Shown piece by piece: positions 53,004 to 60,742 of a stretch of 64,000 nucleotides of DNA. A program made the position numbers and the translations under genes. The DNA comes from a virus (lineage: Duplodnaviria; Caudoviricetes): IMG/VR virus record IMGVR_UViG_3300031521_000054, positions 312 through 64,311 of that record, one strand, 5' to 3'. A model generated the notes under the pieces. The model was not told where the DNA came from. It searched no databases and worked only from the letters and a program-made list of their open reading frames with translations. Within the stretch, counting starts at the first letter, position 1. The number at the start of each line of letters is the position of its first letter.

Positions 53004-53027
53004 ATTAACAAATATCCGCGTTTTTTT
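52991..53027 (+). terminator. Intrinsic terminator overlapping the promoter motif
   Basis: AAAACGTGGATAT-loop-ATATCCGCGTTTT, ending in a T7 run. Confidence 0.65.
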
Positions 53028-53043
53028 ATCTCAAATCTAAGAT

Positions 53044-56000
53044 ATGTCAAGCAAAGTACTAACAGCTCAAGATATAGATGGTAATCAAAAATCAATTGAA
53101 AAATTGATCGAAGAAAATGTTGTTGAATTTAACAAATCAAGAACAAGAAAAAAATTAAAGGAAGTCCGAGATAACATAAAATTAGAAACTCCTGAAGGTG
53201 TTGATGTTAGAATTTTGACTAAGGATGATATTCAACAAATAAAAAATAGTCTTGTCAATGATGAGGATGCTAAAGAATTTAGAATTAATCAACAACAAGT
53301 TTTATCCATAAAGAAAGATAATTATTGGTTAATGCGAAAGACAATTCAGGATTTGAATGACTTGAATGAATTTTCAGCAGAAATTGAAAGAAATCACATA
53401 CAAACAATTGATAATTTTTTAACATTCGAAGAAGTAATAAAACAAAACATTGGAACATTAAATTTATTTCACAAAATACTTGAATATAGAAAATCGAATA
53501 TTGGTCTATACTTAGACACTTATAAAAATAAAATATTATCATTCAAACAAGATTCGTTAGAAATTTTATTGAACATGCGTGAAATATATTCAATTGATAA
53601 AACAATTGATGATATTGATCTGTATGAAAAATTCGAAATGGAATCGAATATTGATATGTCTAACAAACTTGCTGATATTTGTTTTCACAAGTATATTAAT
53701 AGTACAAGTGAATTAAAGAATGACAATATAATAAACGAGTTTTCTAAGAATAGTGGAAATATATTGGAAAAGTTCGTAACGAATCAAGTCATAAATAACA
53801 AAATGTTAGGTGTATTGTTATTATCTGGAATGAATGATCAACGAACATCATTTATTTCAAATAACAGTGTGACTTGTTTAAAGACTATGTATTCGAATAA
53901 TGCGAATAATGAATTTGTATATACAACAAGAACACTTGGAGAATTATTATTTGAAATCACAAATGATGAGTTAAAAGATATTTCAAAACAATACAAACAA
54001 CAAATATATTTAACATATGATGGTACTCGACCATCAACTGAAGAATATTACAAATGGAATGGTTTACAAGTATTTGATATTGACTTGAAAGAATGGGATG
54101 GCAATATTGATTTGTTAAAACGAAAGATGTATGATTATTTGCAAGATTTTCATTGGTTTTTATGGATATGTAAATCAGCATCTGGAAAAGGTATTCACGT
54201 TTATACCAAAGTAGCCCCACCACATCATGTGTATATAAAAGCAGCTGAAAATGAATACATCTCAAAGTATTGGTTCAGTGTAAATTATGCACATAAATCC
54301 TCAATAATATATGATATTTTATACAGATTACACAAGGATAAATCTTCAATAGTTTTCAATGATTGTTTCATTGAAGGTTTTGAAAATAAATTTCTTGATA
54401 ATGTTGTTAGAAGAATTACAGCAGGTATTCGTTTAACTTATGATCCAAGTCCATTGATAAACAATAACTTTATTGATGTACATGTTGGATTAGGATTGTC
54501 ACAAACAATTGATGGATATAATTATCAAAAAACAATAACTGATGTTCTTTTAAGAAAGACAAAATTTCAGACTCAGATGATTGACAAAATTAATAATGAT
54601 TTGTTAGTTATTAATGTTGCAGATATGGAAAATGATAAACCTTCAGATATTGATTTAAGTAAATTCGTATCTTTAGGAGTTGACATATCAAATATTTCAT
54701 CATTATCAAGATCAGCAATCAATTACAACATGCGTTATAATGTTTGTAATACTCTTGCATCTTTGTTTGGAAAGGACGGATTATCAATAGCACATACATT
54801 ACTTGATTCAAAAGGTTGTAAAAATATCGGAGAAATCAATTCATTTTATTCTTGTGCAATTAGTAATGGTAAAAAACCATCAAAATTTGGATTAGATATT
54901 CTAAAGAGATGTGGTATAATAAAATCAATTGATCCTGAAATACGTGAAGTTGTTGATGATAATTTCAAAAACGGAATTAGAAAGGCAATTGAACAATCGT
55001 TAAACAATAAATTAGTTCAAAAGAATATTGAATTAAATAATTACGAATATTTATCAGACAAAAAAGCAATATTATTAAATCCAAGTAAAGGTGGAATAAG
55101 TAATTCAAAAGTAAACATAATCTTTTCACCACCGGGTACTGGAAAAACAGAGTTTATCAAGAATCTTGCGAAAGATGGTAAACGAATCCTACTTGTATTA
55201 CCTTACATATCTGTAATTAAAAACAAAATTGAAACAGATGAATCAATAATGTCAATGTTTGAATGTTATTATGGTTCGAAAGATATTAAGTTAATAGAAT
55301 ATGGAATCAATGCTGTCACAACATTTGATAAATTCGCACGTTCAAATTATGAGAAATTATCAAAAATGTTTGATTATATTTTCATAGATGAATCACATTT
55401 ATTGTTCACAAGTTCATATAGAATTGAAGCCACAGCTAATGTGATTAAGAAAATTAAAGAATTATTTTTCATATCATCTAATGATCCATTTGCAGCAAAA
55501 TTATGTTTACTCACAGGAACTGAAACAGGAGAATCTTATTTCTTCGGTAGTATTGCCAACATAATTCGTGTGAATAAAAAATCATTAAATAAAACAATGG
55601 AATTTCTAATATGTGATGATATATTAGATTCTATTACACGATTAGCAAATCATGCTTACATGTTACTTCAGGAAGGTTACAGATTATTATTACCTACAAA
55701 TAAGGGTGAAATATATTCTGAAAAAATAATTGGAATGATTGAACATCTTTTAGGTAGACCATTAAAGTATGGTTATTATAAGCGATCAAATACTGAACAA
55801 GAAATTTGTAGATTAATAAACGATAACAATACTGTTGGTGATTATGAAGTAATTTTCTGCTCAAACTATTTAAGTGTTGGTGTTGACATAAACGATGGTG
55901 GTTTTGTTAACATTAATGATAAGGAAATATTATTTGCTTCAATATATCTGGGGCCATTCTCCGGATATGAAATAGAACAATTTAATGCACGTATTCGTAA

Positions 56001-57219
56001 AACTGGAATACGATCAGTATATTGTATTCAAACTCAAAAAGCTGATGGTTCAACAAATGATTTATTACTTGAAGAACCAAATTTATTACTAAGAATTACA
56101 GAAGAAGATCGAGATAATTTTATTGACGATAAGGCCATAGCATCTTCAAAACAAGAATTTTTAGCTCAATATGATCCAATCTTACATAAAATATCAACTC
56201 CTGGTTTTAGTTATTTCAATGGTAAAATCAGATTCAATTTGGAAGAATATGAATTAGTATCTTTTGAAAATAAATATAACGAGTGTATGCAGCATCCTGT
56301 TAAAGTTGCTCGTGAATTATCAAAATATGGATATAAAATCAATGTCAATATGGAATTTGATGGATTAGATATTACATTACAGGAAGAACTAAAAAATGTT
56401 GGAATCAAAGCTGCCAAGGATGAAAAGATTAGAAAACATTCGTTATTAGTTGGAACATTTATCGAATTAGTTGAAAAAAATACATATACAAATGCTCATG
56501 GTTTAGAATTTAACGATATAATATCTTGGATTGGTAAGCATCCAGATAATGTTATTGAAGACAGAGATTTGGAAACTTTTATTGAAATTGAATTTGATGT
56601 TTTTGCAACACCATTGAATTGTAAGGTCAAATCAAAAGAAGCTCTTGAAGATATGTTCAAACCAGCCAAATATCTAATTTCAAAATATTCAGTAACAAAA
56701 GCAGTTGATATTATTAATCAATTTGTTGATGAAAACGGAATATTGAAACAAAAATTATTCAAACGATCAATTAACTTGCTCAAACTGATTGATAGTTCAG
56801 ATGCAAATGAACTTGCTGATCCATTAGCAAAAATATTAACAAATATTTATGATTTTGTTGATAAGTTCGAAATATCTAAAGAATTTAGAATTGGTTATAA
56901 TACATATCAAGCAACAATGGATGAATGGGTTCATGGTTATATTGATGATTTAGGAATACGCATTAATACTGAATATGGATTTGATAAAATTAAGGATTCT
57001 TTGGTTGAAATGTTATCAGATGTTGCAACTAAATCAACAAGTAAAAATGGTATCAGATTTGTTTATAATAAAATGCCTGATCAAGACAGTAATTCAGTTT
57101 TAAATAGACAAAGTGTCGATAGTATGGTGGAAAGAATGTTTAAAATAACAAGCGATGTTATAACAACCAATAAAAAATCAAGACAAAAACATATCATATT
57201 ACAGACACAAAGTTTTTAA
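53044..57219 (+). CDS. AEP primase-polymerase (BT4734/VirE-N-like) + PriCT-like + SF2 helicase fusion
   Basis: GLQVFDID and S.SGKG.HVY primase motifs; Y.....LASLFG..G....H; SPPGTGKT; IFIDESH; LTGT; SVGVD; EQF..RIR. Confidence 0.75.
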   Translation: MSSKVLTAQDIDGNQKSIEKLIEENVVEFNKSRTRKKLKEVRDNIKLETPEGVDVRILTKDDIQQIKNSLVNDEDAKEFRINQQQVLSIKKDNYWLMRKTIQDLNDLNEFSAEIERNHIQTIDNFLTFEEVIKQNIGTLNLFHKILEYRKSNIGLYLDTYKNKILSFKQDSLEILLNMREIYSIDKTIDDIDLYEKFEMESNIDMSNKLADICFHKYINSTSELKNDNIINEFSKNSGNILEKFVTNQVINNKMLGVLLLSGMNDQRTSFISNNSVTCLKTMYSNNANNEFVYTTRTLGELLFEITNDELKDISKQYKQQIYLTYDGTRPSTEEYYKWNGLQVFDIDLKEWDGNIDLLKRKMYDYLQDFHWFLWICKSASGKGIHVYTKVAPPHHVYIKAAENEYISKYWFSVNYAHKSSIIYDILYRLHKDKSSIVFNDCFIEGFENKFLDNVVRRITAGIRLTYDPSPLINNNFIDVHVGLGLSQTIDGYNYQKTITDVLLRKTKFQTQMIDKINNDLLVINVADMENDKPSDIDLSKFVSLGVDISNISSLSRSAINYNMRYNVCNTLASLFGKDGLSIAHTLLDSKGCKNIGEINSFYSCAISNGKKPSKFGLDILKRCGIIKSIDPEIREVVDDNFKNGIRKAIEQSLNNKLVQKNIELNNYEYLSDKKAILLNPSKGGISNSKVNIIFSPPGTGKTEFIKNLAKDGKRILLVLPYISVIKNKIETDESIMSMFECYYGSKDIKLIEYGINAVTTFDKFARSNYEKLSKMFDYIFIDESHLLFTSSYRIEATANVIKKIKELFFISSNDPFAAKLCLLTGTETGESYFFGSIANIIRVNKKSLNKTMEFLICDDILDSITRLANHAYMLLQEGYRLLLPTNKGEIYSEKIIGMIEHLLGRPLKYGYYKRSNTEQEICRLINDNNTVGDYEVIFCSNYLSVGVDINDGGFVNINDKEILFASIYLGPFSGYEIEQFNARIRKTGIRSVYCIQTQKADGSTNDLLLEEPNLLLRITEEDRDNFIDDKAIASSKQEFLAQYDPILHKISTPGFSYFNGKIRFNLEEYELVSFENKYNECMQHPVKVARELSKYGYKINVNMEFDGLDITLQEELKNVGIKAAKDEKIRKHSLLVGTFIELVEKNTYTNAHGLEFNDIISWIGKHPDNVIEDRDLETFIEIEFDVFATPLNCKVKSKEALEDMFKPAKYLISKYSVTKAVDIINQFVDENGILKQKLFKRSINLLKLIDSSDANELADPLAKILTNIYDFVDKFEISKEFRIGYNTYQATMDEWVHGYIDDLGIRINTEYGFDKIKDSLVEMLSDVATKSTSKNGIRFVYNKMPDQDSNSVLNRQSVDSMVERMFKITSDVITTNKKSRQKHIILQTQSF

Positions 57220-57235
57220 TTTTTGGATTTAAAAT

Positions 57236-57265
57236 CAATCCATTTATTTTGAATTTCACGAATAT
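57236..57265 (+). promoter_or_regulatory. Bipartite phage promoter/operator motif
   Basis: CAATCCAT-N14-ACGAATAT. Confidence 0.6.
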
Positions 57266-57297
57266 ATTAATTATGTACTTTCATATAAATAACACTC

Positions 57298-58947
57298 ATG
57301 AATATACTCGAAGAAATTCAAGATAATCCAAGTCTTCTTCCTACTGAGAAAGTTATCTTAATGAGAAATACATTCATTTCTCAACAGAATCAAAATACTG
57401 ACGAAAAAATTTATATTAGCAATATTGGTGATTATTTATCAGACAATTTTTCAAAAATAGATGGATTTGATTATAGATGGAACTCATTAATAACAAGCAA
57501 CCCTCTCCTATTTGAAGATGTTGATTATATCAGAGTTAAGGATTTTATAACTAACGAAATAACACAAGAAGAAATTGCAGCATACAAAAGAGGTGAATTA
57601 CGAGAACTTTACGCAACTTTTGAAAATATGCTTATTTGTAATTTAGCATACTACGATCGAATAATGAATTTTTGTACCATGATATTTTTACATTATGTGA
57701 GAATATCTGAAGATTCAATAACATCTGAATATTTGGATGAATTACCATATTTGATTGAAATGACTCCAACAAGAATTTGGTGTTGTGTTCTATCAGGGTT
57801 AAATAGCAGTGAATGGGAATTAAATTATGGTTGGAATACAAAAGTAGTTAGTTGTGAAAAACAAATGCTTATTGAAAACAATTGGAAACTATTATATTCT
57901 AATCCAATTTTTGGTAGATTCATAGAATACTCTTCATTGAGAGCAAATACGTCAGGATTTAGACAAACATTACTTTCAGATAAAACAAGCAATAAAAAAT
58001 TGTCACAAGTATGTGCAAAATTTACCAAATCTTCAACAGCAATTTCAGATGGAAATCTTGAAACATTAATAGATTACGTTAGGGAACAGGAAAGAATCAA
58101 TAGTAAATTATATTTTTCATTATTCAATTGTTTGAAAAAACTATTCAATAATGATGAATCATTATTTGCTATTTACGTATTTGCTGAGGAATTTTTCATT
58201 CACACTGCTAAATTTTCGATGAAAGTAAAGAAAAGTGAAAATGGTAAAATTACTAAGGATTATTTGGCAAATAGTTACGAATGTTTCATAGCTGAAGAAT
58301 TTTTATATGATAGTATTCGAGTTCAAATTGAATGGGCTAAATATAAATTACCTCCTCATTTTGAATACGAAAAGCAAATTTTGACAAGTCTGTTAAATGA
58401 AATGTTGAAAGGAAATTATAGAAATATATTGGCAATAAAAAGAATGAATGAATACGGAATATTATCGAAAATAACATTTGCAGGAGTATTTGATAATATT
58501 TATATCAGTGAAGAATTAATGGTTGATAATCGTTGCATAAAATCATCAAAGATTTGTTTATCAAAAGCAAATGCTGCGAAATACGTTGTTGACAGAGGAT
58601 ATTATATTTTTGGTTTAACTGATGATGTTTATAAATTCATATTGTATGATGATGAAAATGTCGTTATTAATCGACAAGTTTTAATTGATCATTATGGTAA
58701 TTATTGTGTGCAAGTTATTAAACATATGTTCGAAGTAATTGCATTACATAACTTATCAAAGAATGATATTATTGATGTTGTTTGTTCAGGAATTTTAAAT
58801 CCAAATAAATTGAACAATGAAAACATACGATATACGAAATTAAAAAGTAATAATATTTCAGCAAAAAATCTAATGTCATTAGCATTAGACAAACAGAATA
58901 AAGGTGGTGATCGTAAAAAGTCTTATTGGAAAATAATTGAAAATTAA
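57298..58947 (+). CDS. Hypothetical protein
   Basis: 549 aa; no recognised motif; first gene of the operon containing the ThyA homologue. Confidence 0.65.
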   Translation: MNILEEIQDNPSLLPTEKVILMRNTFISQQNQNTDEKIYISNIGDYLSDNFSKIDGFDYRWNSLITSNPLLFEDVDYIRVKDFITNEITQEEIAAYKRGELRELYATFENMLICNLAYYDRIMNFCTMIFLHYVRISEDSITSEYLDELPYLIEMTPTRIWCCVLSGLNSSEWELNYGWNTKVVSCEKQMLIENNWKLLYSNPIFGRFIEYSSLRANTSGFRQTLLSDKTSNKKLSQVCAKFTKSSTAISDGNLETLIDYVREQERINSKLYFSLFNCLKKLFNNDESLFAIYVFAEEFFIHTAKFSMKVKKSENGKITKDYLANSYECFIAEEFLYDSIRVQIEWAKYKLPPHFEYEKQILTSLLNEMLKGNYRNILAIKRMNEYGILSKITFAGVFDNIYISEELMVDNRCIKSSKICLSKANAAKYVVDRGYYIFGLTDDVYKFILYDDENVVINRQVLIDHYGNYCVQVIKHMFEVIALHNLSKNDIIDVVCSGILNPNKLNNENIRYTKLKSNNISAKNLMSLALDKQNKGGDRKKSYWKIIEN

Positions 58948-58952
58948 ATAAA

Positions 58953-59855
58953 ATGGAAGAAAGATTGAATTTTGAACGTCAATATGCTCATAGCTTAATT
59001 GATTTGTTAGACTCAGGTGTAAAGACAAAAAATCGCACAGGTATTGATACTTTGGTTAAACAACATCAATATTATCATTTGAAAAATATTTCTTCTGATT
59101 TTCCATTATTGAAAGGTAAAAAAGTATTTCCAAAAAATTCGTTAATTGAATTGATGTGGATGCTTAATGGTCGTACAGATGTTAAATGGTTACAAGATCG
59201 CGGAGTTAACTTTTGGAATCAATGGCAAAATGCTGAAGGAACAATAGGTAAATCATATGGTTATCAATTCCGTAATTTTAATGGAGTTGATCAAGTACAA
59301 GATTTATTTGATGGACTTTGTGCTGATCCAACTTCAAGAAGAAATATTATTGAACTTTGGAATGCAGGAGATTTAAAAGAAATGACATTAACTCCATGTG
59401 TATTTAGTTTTCAATTTAATTGTATTCCAATCGATAACGATAAGAAATTTTACATTGATTTACATGTTGTCCAAAGATCAGGTGATTCATTTCTTGGTGT
59501 ATGTTCAGACGTAATGGTTGCAGCATGGTTTTTAGAATCTGTTTGTAATTTTGCAACCAATAGTCTTTCAAATACTAATGATTTTCGATTTAGTTCTCGA
59601 GATGTTCATTATACAATTAACGACTTTCATCTGTATGAAAATCATATTGAACAAGCAAAACAATATTTGCGAAATGTGAATGAAAATAAATCAAACATTA
59701 TTGATGAAAAAGTTTCAATTCATATTCAATCAGAAGCATATTTCGATTTTGACATATTTTTGAAATATTCGGATATGACAGAATATAAAAATTTCATCAT
59801 GAATAAATTTTATGTTGATGTTTACAATCACATTAAAGCCGAAGTAGCAGTATGA
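58953..59855 (+). CDS. Thymidylate synthase family enzyme with a dCMP-type specificity residue
   Basis: RTG, FPLL..KK, SRR, PC (catalytic Cys149), QRS.D.FLG, HLY, AEVAV C-terminus; Asp186 replaces the conserved Asn. Confidence 0.9.
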   Translation: MEERLNFERQYAHSLIDLLDSGVKTKNRTGIDTLVKQHQYYHLKNISSDFPLLKGKKVFPKNSLIELMWMLNGRTDVKWLQDRGVNFWNQWQNAEGTIGKSYGYQFRNFNGVDQVQDLFDGLCADPTSRRNIIELWNAGDLKEMTLTPCVFSFQFNCIPIDNDKKFYIDLHVVQRSGDSFLGVCSDVMVAAWFLESVCNFATNSLSNTNDFRFSSRDVHYTINDFHLYENHIEQAKQYLRNVNENKSNIIDEKVSIHIQSEAYFDFDIFLKYSDMTEYKNFIMNKFYVDVYNHIKAEVAV

Positions 59856-60040
59856 AACAGTTAAGAGATGGTACAAATGTCAGAGCAAGAGGATATTATT
59901 TCTTACTCGATTGGAATGATCAAGATGGAAAAGTTTACATTAACAAGACTTTCAATAAGAATAGTCAATTTGAACTTGATATATTTGAATATAAAAAACT
60001 CTTTGACCATGCAACAAAAGAAGATTCAGAAGAAATGTAA
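59852..60040 (+). CDS. Small hypothetical protein
   Basis: 62 aa, ATGA-coupled to the ThyA homologue. Confidence 0.55.
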   Translation: MKQLRDGTNVRARGYYFLLDWNDQDGKVYINKTFNKNSQFELDIFEYKKLFDHATKEDSEEM

Positions 60041-60149
60041 TGATGAAAAATGTCCAGTTTGTGGAAGTAAAAATTTCACAATAAAGAATTGTAAAAGAAT
60101 TTGTATTTGTGGTTATGCTTGGATAAGATTAAAAATTAAAACAATGTAA
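60009..60149 (+). CDS. Small zinc-ribbon protein, start uncertain
   Basis: CPVCGS...C.CGY in frame with ATG 60009. Confidence 0.45.
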   Translation: MQQKKIQKKCNDEKCPVCGSKNFTIKNCKRICICGYAWIRLKIKTM

Positions 60150-60152
60150 TTT

Positions 60153-60581
60153 ATGACAATTTATTTAGATTTTGACGGAACCGTAGTGGAACATGAATTT
60201 CCACAAATTGGTAGGAATAATTTCGGTTGTATGGAAGTAATTTTAAAACTTCAAGAAGCTGGACACAGAATCATACTTAATACATATCGTGCAGATAGTG
60301 CTGATGGAACATTGGAAAAAGCATTGAATTATCTTAATGAAGATTCTTTCATGTTTTTCAAAGATCGTGAAACAGAAATTCAACAAATCACAGAGCATAC
60401 AAGTAATAAATTATATCCAGCAGCGTGGAATTGGAATGATATGCTCGAGTCTAAAATAATATTCATTGACGACATTACTCCTGGTATTCCTTTGAAAAAA
60501 TGTTGTATGGTACAAGGAAATATGGTTGATTGGAAAGAATTAGATTTACAATTTATTGAACACAAAGTTTACGAAAAATGA
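60153..60581 (+). CDS. HAD-superfamily hydrolase (BT0820-like)
   Basis: DFDGT motif I, ILNT.R, FIDD. Confidence 0.8.
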   Translation: MTIYLDFDGTVVEHEFPQIGRNNFGCMEVILKLQEAGHRIILNTYRADSADGTLEKALNYLNEDSFMFFKDRETEIQQITEHTSNKLYPAAWNWNDMLESKIIFIDDITPGIPLKKCCMVQGNMVDWKELDLQFIEHKVYEK

Positions 60582-60742
60582 AATGTCCATATTGTAATCA
60601 AACAAATACTCGTAAAGATTCTGAAGGGTATTGTATAAAACATGGATGTAACGAAAAATCTAAACAAGAAAAAATCGCAATAAAAGAATACACATATAAT
60701 CAAATAATAAAAAATAATTATGCAAATAATTCACAGCGCTGA
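60578..60742 (+). CDS. Small zinc-binding protein, absent from the ORF track
   Basis: 54 aa MKCPYC...YC..HGC; ATGA-coupled to the HAD gene. Confidence 0.55.
   Translation: MKCPYCNQTNTRKDSEGYCIKHGCNEKSKQEKIAIKEYTYNQIIKNNYANNSQR

Noticed and set aside
59868-60008. N-terminal part of the 93-aa track ORF 59868-60149
   Set aside because: It overlaps the better-coupled 59852-60040 gene; only the C-terminal zinc-ribbon part looks coding.
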